Assembly: GCA_964473825.1 (NCBI GenBank)
Contig: CAYYQL010000026.1
Span: forward strand, 1 to 33,509
From: an uncultured archaeon
Lineage (GTDB): Archaea > Asgardarchaeota > Thorarchaeia > Thorarchaeales > Thorarchaeaceae
Length of the DNA stretch: 33,509 bases
Direction: 5' to 3'
In this document: piece after piece, positions 1 through 11,400 of the stretch
Position numbering within the stretch: the first letter of the stretch is position 1
Layout of the letters: every line of letters starts with the position of its first letter
Position numbers and translations under genes: made by a program
Notes under the pieces: model-generated
Database searches by the model: none
Seen by the model: only the letters and a program-made list of their open reading frames with translations
Told to the model about the DNA's origin: nothing

Positions 1-175
1 CAACTTCATCATCAAAGAGAACCTTCTTGGTCGCCAAGTCAACTCCGATTGTAGCGAGATGGCCCTCTATGAAATCCTCCCCGAGATAGTCACGCCGAAT
101 GCTAGTTTTGCCTACAGCTCCATCGCCTATCAATGCGGCTTTCAGGATTCTGCTTCCGTCGTCTTGATCTCTCAT
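1..175 (-). CDS. Rab/Ras-like small GTPase (5' part; runs off window start)
   Basis: Not in the ORF track. Manual translation from ATG 175 gives MRDQDDGSRILKAALIGDGAVGKTSIRRDYLGEDFIEGHLATIGVDLATKKV. It contains the G1 box GDGAVGKTS and switch-I TIGVD(L), resembling Rab IGVDF. SD-like GGAGAGG lies upstream. Confidence 0.9.
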   Translation of the reverse strand, partial: MRDQDDGSRILKAALIGDGAVGKTSIRRDYLGEDFIEGHLATIGVDLATKKVLFDDEV

Positions 176-441
176 CAATACCTCTCCTGTTTCAAGATAT
201 ATCGCTGACCGCTTTTGAGTGCATCCATTGAGCGAGAGCCTCACCAGATGTATTAGCACATCTGTCCAAGCTCCCCATGCGTTTTACTCAATATTCCTCT
301 ATAAAAGATAAGGTTAGCGGAATGGGGGGCAGCAGTTTCAAGAGGGACCTCGCAAGAGATGAGGCGGTTTGTTTGAGGATGAAGACGCCATCTGCAATGG
401 AGCTACTTCCTCGTGATTCGGCCCAAACATAGTTTTGATGC

Positions 442-703
442 CAGATCGGTGTGCCGCCTGGCAACGAAGAAACCGCGGGAAGGGCCTGCATAGAGTGCGA
501 TCGAACCATTGAAGAAAGAATACCCAAGTAAACCAATAGCAAGCTTCGTTACAATCTTACCAGTAACGAATCAACCCTCTTTGGAACTTCATGAGAAACT
601 GGGCTTCATAAGGATTGCAGCCTTAAATCGACGCAGCTCTCTTGGACCGGATGATTACGAGAGTTACCTCTTGGTTGTGTTTCCTGATTCCGTTGAGTTG
701 TAG
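442..703 (+). pseudogene. Probable fragmented GNAT N-acetyltransferase
   Basis: ORF 509-703 has the GNAT C-terminal motif NQPSLELHEKLGF. An in-frame stop lies at 491-493. Motif-A-like pieces (QIGV; NRGKGL) occur just upstream in other frames. Confidence 0.45.
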
Positions 704-705
704 TA

Positions 706-2505
706 TTATTCTACGTTTCGTCTTCTAAAGACAATAATCACAAGAAGCAGAGCAGCAAACCCACCAAGGCCAATTGCAGCATAAAGCCAGAAGGTGAAAT
801 CATCTGGTAACCTGGCCCCAACTTTATTCGAGTCATAAACAACATCACCACTTGTCACAACTCGGACTGTGAAGAAGTATGTAGTTTCTCCACTGAGTCC
901 GCCAATTGTTGTGGACGTAGTAGAGATATCCTCGATTGTTTGATAGAGTGTACCTAACTCGGTTGGAGTACGGGAGTAGTAAATCTCGTATGCTTGATAC
1001 ATATCGTCCCCAGCATATTCTGACCACTCTAGGGCAACAGAAGATCCTGATAGAATTCTAGGTGCTTTTAGAAAGACGCCTATCTCTGCAACATTGATTC
1101 CTTCTTCATCTAGTGTTACAGTGAATACATCCTTTTGCCCAAGTTCAGTTTCTCCAGTGATTTCCTCACTAACAATTGCACAATCAACAACACGATTTAC
1201 CTCGAATCGATAGGATCCTGAATCAGTTCCTGTTAGGTTGACTGTGTAAGGGAGTCCAGGCACAAAAGGATACAGTATCTGTTTTTCACCCTCGTGCTCA
1301 GTCATAATAGCTGGAAACTCAGGTATAGAAGTCTCACTACCACGAATTGATATTGAACGACCTAGAGGGTCCGTCACTTCTATATCAACGGGACTGAATA
1401 TGCACATACCAATCAGTTGCGGGAGCAAGTCCATGAGCGCTGAAAGAATACTGTTGTATTCGGCTGTTTCAGGATAGAAGGAAACTCGATTGAAATCGTC
1501 ATCTGGTCTACGATGTGTTCCTTGGAAATTACCCTCTGAGTCAAAGTCAATCCAATCCATGCCAATGAAGTGAGTTGAATTGTATGAGTCACGGTTGTCG
1601 TAGATGTACAATCGTATTGATCCATCACCGTTTACAGTGTAATCATACGCAGTAACAAAGTGACTTGATGTTGGTGATGCAGATGCCCAATAAGGTTGTG
1701 AGAGTAGAATGACTACAGGTGTGTAATGTGGAGATCCTGGAAGCATGGCTTGTGTAATCTTCTGAAGCTCCTGAGAGTTTGTCACTCCTCCTTGCGGACC
1801 AGGAATTCCAAGGAAAATCTTCATCCAGTTCAGAAGATGATTTGGATTAAAGAACGCTGCTGAGCCTTTCCAGAGGACATATTCCTTAATTGCAGCCTCT
1901 ACAACATCTCCACCATATTGCTCAGATATCTCTGGGTCAGGATCTGGATCAGGCAGGTCATTGGCATAGTTTCTTCCTAGCGGTATTTTTGCAGGATCAT
2001 TGTAGTAGTCTCTGGAAGCCTGTGAAAATCCACCACAAAAACCGGAAACCTCCATGTCAAACCAATCGATGATGAGAGAATCAAAGACTCTTGTCATCAT
2101 GATATCAAGAACACTAATCTCACAAGCTGCTTTAATATCTGAGTAGAGAAGCTGAAACATGTAGTTTCTAAGATTGGACCCTACTTCATCAGGTTCCATG
2201 ATCAAATCTCCAAAGTACTTGGGACTATTGGAGAAGTTGAAGCAATGGCGATAATCAAAATCTACGGCAGCAAAATCAAAGGCTTTCTTGATTGCCAGAC
2301 CAGTCTCTGCAGCTTCTTCCATATACTCACCTTGGTTTCGATCAGTAGTCAGTTGCCATGCATCGACAAATTCCAATAGCCGTGCTTGCAGAGTCTCTGA
2401 ATCAAACACTGTGGAGATTGCATGTTGAGTCGGGGGAACAAGGAACCCAGATGTTAATCCCAAGATAACCACCAGACAAATCAGTTGCTTTGTCACTTTC
2501 TTCAT
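706..2505 (-). CDS. Membrane-anchored extracellular protein: papain-like Cys-protease-type domain + FN3 + C-terminal TM
   Basis: N-terminal signal peptide; GFC157GGFS, SH282FVTAYDY and IYD303N motifs; FN3 signature (LEWSEY...YEIYY...GLSGETTYFFTVRV); TM helix followed by RRRN. Confidence 0.7.
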   Translation of the reverse strand: MKKVTKQLICLVVILGLTSGFLVPPTQHAISTVFDSETLQARLLEFVDAWQLTTDRNQGEYMEEAAETGLAIKKAFDFAAVDFDYRHCFNFSNSPKYFGDLIMEPDEVGSNLRNYMFQLLYSDIKAACEISVLDIMMTRVFDSLIIDWFDMEVSGFCGGFSQASRDYYNDPAKIPLGRNYANDLPDPDPDPEISEQYGGDVVEAAIKEYVLWKGSAAFFNPNHLLNWMKIFLGIPGPQGGVTNSQELQKITQAMLPGSPHYTPVVILLSQPYWASASPTSSHFVTAYDYTVNGDGSIRLYIYDNRDSYNSTHFIGMDWIDFDSEGNFQGTHRRPDDDFNRVSFYPETAEYNSILSALMDLLPQLIGMCIFSPVDIEVTDPLGRSISIRGSETSIPEFPAIMTEHEGEKQILYPFVPGLPYTVNLTGTDSGSYRFEVNRVVDCAIVSEEITGETELGQKDVFTVTLDEEGINVAEIGVFLKAPRILSGSSVALEWSEYAGDDMYQAYEIYYSRTPTELGTLYQTIEDISTTSTTIGGLSGETTYFFTVRVVTSGDVVYDSNKVGARLPDDFTFWLYAAIGLGGFAALLLVIIVFRRRNVE

Positions 2506-2518
2506 GATTCAACCCTCC

Positions 2519-5500
2519 TTAGCAGACGCCAAACCTCCGTTTTCTTTCAAAGACCAATCGTTCCGATGTCCAAATCATTCTTGGTGTGAGACTCTGTTCT
2601 TGTTTCAGATCAGAATTAGATGCAGTTGCGGATGATTCGAATGCAGGACTGAAACCAATTCCAGATGAATTGACAGTCCACTCAAATGCGTAAAGATAAC
2701 CTTGCATTGCAGTTGCAATAATCTCTGTACGATTATTGACATTCGAATCGCCTAGGCAAATATCAGAGATGAAATGATGTAGTTCTCCACTAGTCCAGAC
2801 AGGATCATACATCATGTCACTCTTATTCTGAGTCGAATTCAACTCAAATACAGTGATGTTCATTCCAACCCCAGCAATCACTTCACCCCAACTATCACCG
2901 TCAGTGTTTCCAGTTGTAAGCGCGAATGTTGCATTGGGAGTGGGCAACATTCTGACGAAATTTGGAGTTAGTCCGTCATCGCATTCATAGATATTGATTC
3001 CATCAGCCGTACCTATGTAGATTTCAGGGAAATGGTCATCATCATGATATGCCAGGTCAACACAATATGCGGATTCTATTGGTATTACTTCATAGAATTG
3101 TGTATAGTTGTTATCTATAGGAACCTCGTCAGCATCGAGTTGATTCGTGAGATATCTCACCCACCCAGTTGATGCTGTGATGTATCCATTAGTTATGACT
3201 TCTTCAGTACCCACTACTATGATATCCTGCAATCCATCAAGATTGATATCATCTGTTATAATATCTCGAATGAATGGATCCCAACCTTCTAACGAATCGT
3301 AATCATAGATATAGACAATTGAATAGTTATTGTCACCAGTATTCTCGAAGATAATCAGGTGATCCTGAGCGCCAACAAGAATCTCAGAATACCCATCTTG
3401 ATCCAGATCATAATCCACATCAACGGTGAACGGTATCTTTGGAGTAGGATCATCTTCTTGACTCTGTCCGGCTGCCCAAAAAGCAAGAGGTTCGGATACC
3501 CATACCAAATCATACATGTTGTTCCCAGCGACCTCAAATACATAGATATTGAGACCTGCACACACAATAATTTCCTCACGACCATCTTGATCTTGATCGC
3601 CAATGACCATGTCGAAGATGTTCATTCTGAACGGACTCAAATTGCCAGTAACAATCTGCTGGAGAAAGAAATCTTGAGAACGCCAAGAACGCCTGTACGT
3701 GTTCTTAGATACCTGTTCAAAGGCTATCAGATTATTATCAAATGAACCGACAAATACCTCTGGTAAATCGTCTTGGTCAACATCGCCGTATTCCAGAGAC
3801 ATCGACCAGGTTTCAAAGATTCTCCAGTTAGTCCAAGAGTCATATGCCTCATATCCCCAATAACCGTCAGCTTGGGTTCGCTTATCCACTTCAACCATAT
3901 GCACGTAAGGGTAGGTTGCTGCGAGGAATGCGTCATGATTCATATCGCCGAGAAATAGATCAATGGAGTCATTCTTCATAGAAAGAAGATCGAATATTCC
4001 ATCTCCATTCATATCGCGAAACTCGGGACAATCATATCCTCTCTCAGGATTGAGTAGCGTTCCAGTGAAATCTGGTTCGAACATTGATCTGGTCTTTGTC
4101 CACTCAATATTGTACATGTTTCCAGTGTTTCGCCAGTATGTGAACCGGGATATTCCTGGAGTGTATCCAATACCTGTGTAGTTATTTGTCGAATGGGGAA
4201 TAATAACATCAATATCCAAATCAAGATCAAAATCCCAATATCCAACCTTGCCAAAGACAGTTTCGTTCTTCTTTTCACGATTGATTTCATAGTACACCGT
4301 TTCGTCAAGACCAAACCAGAACCCAGATCCCATTAGGTAGTTCTTCTGTTCGAAGTAGTATAGCTTGTCATTGGCAACAGTTATGTCAAGGTCATCGTCA
4401 TAGTCCATATTGATGAGAGAAACCCGAGACAGGAAATCACTCCCAGCAACAGCCGCATCTAGGTCTGAGAGATATCCAACCCTCTCAATCCAGTTGTACG
4501 TGAAGGAGCCATTATGTTCAAAATACCAAATCTCAGTATCCCAACCATCATCTACAAAGTTCTCAGCCACACATATTATCATATCCAGATCATAGTCACC
4601 ATCCAAGTCACCCATAGTCACTGTAGAATGTGTCCAGAGTATTTCTGAGGGCAATGTGCTATGATCAGGGAAGTAATCAGGTATGTAGAGAAAACTCGGA
4701 TATTGATTTGATCCGATATTTCTGTAGTAAACCAGTCTAGAATCAGACCCATCTTGGATTGTAGCCACAAGATCATATGCAGGAGTCCCGTCAATATTGA
4801 CTAACGTAGATGAAATGAATTTGTCAAATCCGGGTATGCTGATTTGAATATCTGTGTCAGTTATGATGCCACCATTGTAGATCCAAGTAGGTACCATTGC
4901 TTTGCCATTAATCTGAACAATATCCCAGATAGATGTTCCAAGAGAGAATCTAGGCTGATCTGATTGACTCTCCCAAACCTTTACTCCACTGGCCGTATAT
5001 GCCATGATTTCTCCGTCAATAGTACCCACAATAACCTTCAGAGTGTCGTCATCTGAAGTACCATCACGAATAATTCCAGTGGTGACAACGAGTGCGGTAT
5101 CTATAGGTCGAGCCACTGATCCATAGCCACCATCAATATGATAGGTGACTCCACCTTTTACGCCGATTTTGATGTACCTGAACTCATCCCACTGTGCTGA
5201 GCGAAGAGCATGGTCAACATCCAGCCAAAGGTGTCCTTTGAAACCCCAATAGAGATTCGCGTATATGTAGTCATAGTACCGAGATGACAAATTGAGTGAT
5301 TCCCATGTAACGAAATCGTTAGTGATTTGGAACTCGATATTCTCTATATCAATATCATCATCGAACAGGAACATGAGATCAGAATTATCGGTCGCATCGC
5401 CACCTATTTCTTCCCATTGACCAAAATCAACGACGGCTACTGCTAGGTTATTGAGTGCAATATATGGACGGAGCATGTAGATTCTTCCATCGCTGTCACC

Positions 5501-8401
5501 AACAAACAGACTTTGATTCTCAGACCTCCACGTAATAGCCCAGCTGTCCATGTATCCTTGGTTTTCCACTTCTGGATTGCCAATCTCATAATCTACAAAG
5601 CTGAGCAGGATTCCGTCTGGTGTATATTTCTTCAGAGCGTACGCTCCAAGACTACTAGTATAGAGGTCTCCATTGTCATCAAAGGCAAGATAGTAATCTA
5701 CTCCAAGAGTATAGAAGAAATCAACAGGAGTTCCGTTTTTATAGAAAATCTGGATTCTGGTATTTCCTTCCTCCGAGAGATAGAGCAGATCGTCTGGACT
5801 AATCTCTATGCCATACGGTCCACTCAACTGTCCTAATGCAGCTCCACTGCTGCCAAAGGAGTATCTATATCCACCTGCATAATCAAAAACAGATACTCGA
5901 TTGTTCACGTATTCAGTGATGTAGATCTGGTGTTCGTCAACTGCAATGTCACGTATTCCTCTTAGTTGTCCAGGTGAGGCACCAAACTCTCCAAAGTTGA
6001 GAAGAAGTTCACCTTCAGTATCATAAATGAAAATTTGACTTGTCATTGCATCATAAACGTGCACTGAGTCATCCAAGCCAACTTCGACACCCCAAGCACG
6101 GTCTGTTGGATTTGGCAAAGACCAATTTGCAATCCATTGCCCACTAGATGAGAACTTGAAGATATATGGTGTATACCTGTCTACGACATAGAAGTTACCT
6201 TCTGAGTCGAAATCAATGTCATAAGCTCCAGACTGATCAGCATGAGCATTATACACTTCAAGCAGCTCGAATTCTTGTACACCAAATTCCTTGACATCCT
6301 TAGGAATACCATCAATAACAATAATGCCTCCATTTGGATGGAATGCTAAGCCTAGAGGTGTTTCGAACTGCCAAGGATTGGTCCCGTAAGAGCCAAAGTA
6401 AGATTCGAGCTCTCCAGATGGACTAAATTTCTGTATACGGTAATTATTAAAATCTGAAACGTAGATTCGGGAATCTCCATCGACCACCACGAACGTGGGT
6501 ATATCGAACTCACCAGGCAACGAACCTGATGATCCAAACTGCATTAGGTATGTACCATTTACATCAAACTTCTGAACCCTGTTGTTATGTTGATCCACAA
6601 CGTAGAGGAACCCATTGCAGTCAAATGCTAATCCGGCTGGGTGGTCAAATTGCCCATTTCCAGAACCGGGACTTCCAAAGGATGAAATGAACACGCCATC
6701 GGTTGCATTAAGAACATTGATTCTGCAATTTAGGAAATCTGATGCATATAGCAATCCATCATAAACTGCTACATCATATACTCCGAAGAACTGGCCATCT
6801 CCAGAGCCATTTGTCCCTGAAGCAAAAACATAATCACCACCAGCAGTGAATTTCTGAACTCTACTATTATCCATGTCTGCAACATAAACAAATCCATCCT
6901 CATCTATTGTAATGCCTACAGGGAATTTAAGAGAACCATTTCCAGAACCCAAGCCGCCAAATTGCATGATAGGCTCAAATGTTTCAGACAATCTAGTAAC
7001 ACGGTCATTTGCAATATCAGTCACGTAGTAGGTCCCATCAGGAGCTCTTGCAATATCGTAAGGTCCAGAGAATTGGCCGTATTCATGCCCTTCAGTCAAA
7101 TTCCAAATTCCAAGGAAAACAAACTGCTCCATTGAGTCAAATGTGGTTTCCACATCATCCCAAGGTCCGCCTAGTGCGGATGCGCCACCTAGAGCGATTG
7201 TATTGTACGGAGCAGGTATGCCGCTTGGTTCAGAGATACCATAACCATCCCAGCCGAAGACCTTTCTATCGATGTACTCATCAGCCTCATAACCGGTGTA
7301 TACAGGATTCGGAGGCATCGAGATACCTCGCTCCCAACTCTTGATACCTTGGTTGAGTTTACGAACATCAAAGTCTTCTGTCGTTGGATTGAACTCAAAG
7401 ACGTAGACACCTTGTCCATATGCCGAAGCAACTATCTCACCGTACGGGTCGTCATCTAAATCTTGGCTAGCTGTGACTGAAACGACTGGAGCCCAAATCG
7501 CTTCTCCACTTGTCCAACGAAGCTCATAGGTATGTGCCATACATGGAATTTCTTCAAAGAGATACACATGATTATCCTGACTTCCTGCGACAATCTCCAA
7601 TCTTGTGTCCGCATCGCTGTCGGTCACAGCAACTGAATGCACACGATCAGTTATCGTGTCGCCAGAATCCCATACGAGCTCAAACTCAAGCCAGTTCTTA
7701 CTTGGGCAGACAGGATAGGATGAGCTACCAACAAAATCAAACACATACACTTTCGAGTCCCATGCTCCAACTATTAGCTCTTCATGACTATCATGGTCGA
7801 TATCATAGGCTACAACAGACCAGAGTTGAGCATCAAGTGTAAGGCCACTATCCCAGACAAGCTCCCATTGATGTCCAAGGGAGTAGTAATCGGTCGCGTT
7901 GAGGAACTCCATAGGTTCTGTGGGGCCCATCTGTTCAAATACGTACAGCCGCCCATCTTGTGATGCCCCAACTACCTCAAGTAATCCATCATTATCACAG
8001 TCCATGAAGTCGACATCCATCACATCTCCCCTGATGATTCCATCACCTGCATCATAGATAGGCCAATACTGATAGATTTCATCAATCCATCTGTAGAGGT
8101 GTATTTCTCTGTCGTTTAGATACCCACCTGCAGTGGCCATCCATTCGTTATCATTGGTGACTGCTATAGCATGTGTTGAACCTCTGATGTTATTGGGTTC
8201 CCATATCTTATCATACTCATTTGTTAAGTTAATATTGCCGTTCATTTGATTAACCAATGCATCTGTAATATCATCAGGCATGTTCTCTTCATTTGACGGT
8301 TGAGTACCATTCGTGAAATCAACAACGGCAGTAGGTATCAGTGAAATTAGGAATACTGCTGCAAGCACTAATGCTAATGCTGGAGTTCCTAGTCGCTTCA
8401 T
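2519..8401 (-). CDS. 1960-aa secreted multi-beta-propeller protein (FG-GAP/VCBS repeats + NHL repeats)
   Basis: Signal peptide; many DxDxDGxxE(I/L)xxG FG-GAP-type repeats in the N- and C-terminal parts; central NHL repeats (PxGI(A/T)xDxxGxxYVxDxxNxRVQKF). ATGA overlap with the upstream gene. Confidence 0.85.
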   Translation of the reverse strand: MKRLGTPALALVLAAVFLISLIPTAVVDFTNGTQPSNEENMPDDITDALVNQMNGNINLTNEYDKIWEPNNIRGSTHAIAVTNDNEWMATAGGYLNDREIHLYRWIDEIYQYWPIYDAGDGIIRGDVMDVDFMDCDNDGLLEVVGASQDGRLYVFEQMGPTEPMEFLNATDYYSLGHQWELVWDSGLTLDAQLWSVVAYDIDHDSHEELIVGAWDSKVYVFDFVGSSSYPVCPSKNWLEFELVWDSGDTITDRVHSVAVTDSDADTRLEIVAGSQDNHVYLFEEIPCMAHTYELRWTSGEAIWAPVVSVTASQDLDDDPYGEIVASAYGQGVYVFEFNPTTEDFDVRKLNQGIKSWERGISMPPNPVYTGYEADEYIDRKVFGWDGYGISEPSGIPAPYNTIALGGASALGGPWDDVETTFDSMEQFVFLGIWNLTEGHEYGQFSGPYDIARAPDGTYYVTDIANDRVTRLSETFEPIMQFGGLGSGNGSLKFPVGITIDEDGFVYVADMDNSRVQKFTAGGDYVFASGTNGSGDGQFFGVYDVAVYDGLLYASDFLNCRINVLNATDGVFISSFGSPGSGNGQFDHPAGLAFDCNGFLYVVDQHNNRVQKFDVNGTYLMQFGSSGSLPGEFDIPTFVVVDGDSRIYVSDFNNYRIQKFSPSGELESYFGSYGTNPWQFETPLGLAFHPNGGIIVIDGIPKDVKEFGVQEFELLEVYNAHADQSGAYDIDFDSEGNFYVVDRYTPYIFKFSSSGQWIANWSLPNPTDRAWGVEVGLDDSVHVYDAMTSQIFIYDTEGELLLNFGEFGASPGQLRGIRDIAVDEHQIYITEYVNNRVSVFDYAGGYRYSFGSSGAALGQLSGPYGIEISPDDLLYLSEEGNTRIQIFYKNGTPVDFFYTLGVDYYLAFDDNGDLYTSSLGAYALKKYTPDGILLSFVDYEIGNPEVENQGYMDSWAITWRSENQSLFVGDSDGRIYMLRPYIALNNLAVAVVDFGQWEEIGGDATDNSDLMFLFDDDIDIENIEFQITNDFVTWESLNLSSRYYDYIYANLYWGFKGHLWLDVDHALRSAQWDEFRYIKIGVKGGVTYHIDGGYGSVARPIDTALVVTTGIIRDGTSDDDTLKVIVGTIDGEIMAYTASGVKVWESQSDQPRFSLGTSIWDIVQINGKAMVPTWIYNGGIITDTDIQISIPGFDKFISSTLVNIDGTPAYDLVATIQDGSDSRLVYYRNIGSNQYPSFLYIPDYFPDHSTLPSEILWTHSTVTMGDLDGDYDLDMIICVAENFVDDGWDTEIWYFEHNGSFTYNWIERVGYLSDLDAAVAGSDFLSRVSLINMDYDDDLDITVANDKLYYFEQKNYLMGSGFWFGLDETVYYEINREKKNETVFGKVGYWDFDLDLDIDVIIPHSTNNYTGIGYTPGISRFTYWRNTGNMYNIEWTKTRSMFEPDFTGTLLNPERGYDCPEFRDMNGDGIFDLLSMKNDSIDLFLGDMNHDAFLAATYPYVHMVEVDKRTQADGYWGYEAYDSWTNWRIFETWSMSLEYGDVDQDDLPEVFVGSFDNNLIAFEQVSKNTYRRSWRSQDFFLQQIVTGNLSPFRMNIFDMVIGDQDQDGREEIIVCAGLNIYVFEVAGNNMYDLVWVSEPLAFWAAGQSQEDDPTPKIPFTVDVDYDLDQDGYSEILVGAQDHLIIFENTGDNNYSIVYIYDYDSLEGWDPFIRDIITDDINLDGLQDIIVVGTEEVITNGYITASTGWVRYLTNQLDADEVPIDNNYTQFYEVIPIESAYCVDLAYHDDDHFPEIYIGTADGINIYECDDGLTPNFVRMLPTPNATFALTTGNTDGDSWGEVIAGVGMNITVFELNSTQNKSDMMYDPVWTSGELHHFISDICLGDSNVNNRTEIIATAMQGYLYAFEWTVNSSGIGFSPAFESSATASNSDLKQEQSLTPRMIWTSERLVFERKRRFGVC

Positions 8402-11400
8402 TTAGTACCAACCTCCTCAGATTTCTTTGCTTTCGCCTTCTTGCTTGACGAAGCTTTCTTCGTACTCTTTCTTTCGGCTTTCTCATCGGATTTTCCTGAG
8501 CGCTTTTTTCTTGCATCACGCACCTTGGTGGCAGTGAATCTCAGAGCAGGCGGAACAATCATTCCTGCAATGAAACAAGCACTTCCGATAACTGCTGCTA
8601 CTAGCCAGAATGGAAGGCCTTTTGTGATTGGAATAAGAGGGTTTCCGCCAATTTCTAATTCATCGGAATCGCTGATTCCATCACCATCTGTATCAGTGGA
8701 AGTTGGATCACTTCCGTACAGATGTACTTCCATGCCATCTGGGATACCATCACCGTCAGAATCAGGATTGTCGAATCCACCGGGAGCTCCAGTCCAATGC
8801 CAAACCCCGCTGGAGTCATTGCCAATTGGTAACGGCACCACCCATGTCTTGTCAATGTAAAATTCCTCGCCGTCCGAAAGACCGTCGCCGTCGAAGTCGT
8901 ATTCAAAGCCATCTGCAATGCCATTACCATTTTCATCCCATTCAAGCGGATCCGTGCCGTAGAATAATTCAAGCCCGTCAGGCAAATAGTCCCCGTCCGT
9001 ATCTGGATTATTGATGTCTGTGGGATATAGTGGATAGCCAACTTCTTGTGACATTATGAATAATGGCGGAATTGTAGCTTCAGGAGGAGTGGTATTCGCA
9101 ACAACTCCCTCCCACGCCTCCAATCCATCCGGAATTTCATCACCATCAGTGTCATTTGTCAATGGATTTGAGTGCGTCACAAAAATCTCATTGTAGTCAT
9201 TGATGTTGTCCCCGTCCGAATCCGCAATGTGAGGATATGTTCCGTACTTAAGCTCAAGTCCGTCGTCCAATCCATCACCATCTGTGTCATTCAACGCAGG
9301 GCAAGAGTGGTATCTAAGCGACATAGTGAGTGCTTCATAGGGATAGGTGATTATGCTCACAGTGACCAAGATTATTTCTTGTCCATCGGTAAGACCATCG
9401 CCGTCAGAATCTTCACAAAGAGGACTAATCCGGATTGGTTCCTGACCAGGCCAACCCATTGCCAAGTAAATCTCCTGACTGTCAGTTAAACCATCAGCAT
9501 CAGTATCAGCAGTGATTGGAGATGTTCCATGGTCAAGAACTTCATCACCATCACCAAGTGGTAGAGTCATCTGTCCCGTGGCATTTGGATAATCAAGCGA
9601 GTCACGGTCTGTATCCCAGTCCAAGGGGTTTGTAGTGTAGAATAACAGTTCCTCGCCGTCTCCAAGACGATCCCCATCTGTATCCCACAGTCTAGGATTG
9701 GTCAATGACACAAAGACCTCGTAACCATCCGGTAAGAGATCTTCGTCGGTGTCTACAACCAACGGATCGGTTCGATATCTGAGTACTTCCTCGCCGTCCG
9801 TTAAACCATCTAGGTCGGAATCTCGTTGCAATGGATTGGTATAGAAGAAGAACAGCTCTTCGCCGTCCGATAACCCATCCATGTCCGTGTCATTGTTCAT
9901 AGGATCAGTTCCATACTTGAAATATTCATCACCATCGAGAACAAGGTCTCCGTCAGAATCAGGATTTCGAGGATCTGTTGGCAGCATCCAGTCTTCATAA
10001 TCAGGTAAGTTGTCGTTATCAGAATCTGGGTTTTGAGCATCCGTTCCTGAACCTCCTGGACCAATAACCTCTCGGCCATCTTTGAGACCATCACTATCTT
10101 GATCACCATTCGTTGGATCCCATTGCGGGTCGCGAGCTAACTCGTAACCATCAGTCACATACAAGTAGACCTCAGTATCATTATCAGTATCAGGCTGGCA
10201 TGGATTGGTCTTGACAAGCTTGACCTCTGGGTAACCTTCAGAGTCAGGGATTATTGCAATCTGACCCTTTACCTCTGTCCCGTCATGCAAGTCCCAAATA
10301 ATCGTATCAGTTGGGAAGAAGGGATCAAGTGGGTCTCCTGAATACAACCAAGCAACGCAGTCCTCGTCCGTATCAGCGTCCAAAGGATGAGTCCACCTGA
10401 AGTTTACATACTGCCAGAGCTCTACCTCTGTCTCATTCATGTATTCTATTCCATTTTCCCATTCTTGTCCATCTGTTAGTCCGTCATTGTCTGTATCAGG
10501 ATTTAGTGGGTCGGTGCGGTCATCATAGTAGGTATTGCCAATCTTCACAGACTCCACAGCTCCATACGTTCCCTTTGTCAGAGTCACATTATAGACTGTG
10601 TTGATTTCGTACCAATCGTGAAGATCATCACCGTCAGTGTCTATTAGAAACGGAGAAGTGAGATACACCTTGACCTCCCAGTAGTCAGTGACATTATCTC
10701 TATCAGTGTCGTTAAGAAGAGGATTTGTTCCATATATGACATGCTCCTCGAAATCAGTTAGTAGGTCTAAATCCGAATCAGAGTCATACGGCGCCGTATT
10801 CAATTCCAATTCCAGTTTATCATTCAATCCATCAGAATCAGTATCTGCAGAAGTATGGTCAAGAAAAGTGATACCAGAGAACTCGGGATTCTGGGAATAC
10901 AGTCCGGACATGGCAATCTCAAATTCATCAGGAAGACCATCGCCATCTGAATCAGTCAGGTCTGCAGCTTCATCACCCCATGAGGCATCGTCCCATGAGG
11001 CAGTGAGATCTATATCCCATTGCCAAGGACTACCGAAGTTGGTGCCAAACGAAGTAAGAGTAAGATCAACTCCAAAGTAAAGTGAGCAGTAGACAGTGAT
11101 AGTAACACCTAAAGTAGATTTAGAGATATCACTCAGTGTGTTGACTATTATTGGATTAGGGTTTTCAGCAAGAGCCATGTAAGCAGCCTCTTCGATTGCT
11201 CCAGATTGTTGTATGAATGTCATACCAACCAAGAATGACCCTGAGAACACGCAAACAAGAATTTCTAGGTCAATTGAAACCCCTATGGTGATTTGAAGAA
11301 GAAGAGTCGAAAGAGAGGGGAGTCCTTGCCCTTGGAACTTTTTACTAATCTCAAATACAATAGAAAAGGTGAGTGATATTGAAACGGAAACAAGTGCTCC

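Noticed and set aside
2519-2560. C-terminal RKRRFGVC as a prenylation signal
   Set aside because: It is not a CaaX or CC/CxC motif, and the protein appears to be secreted.
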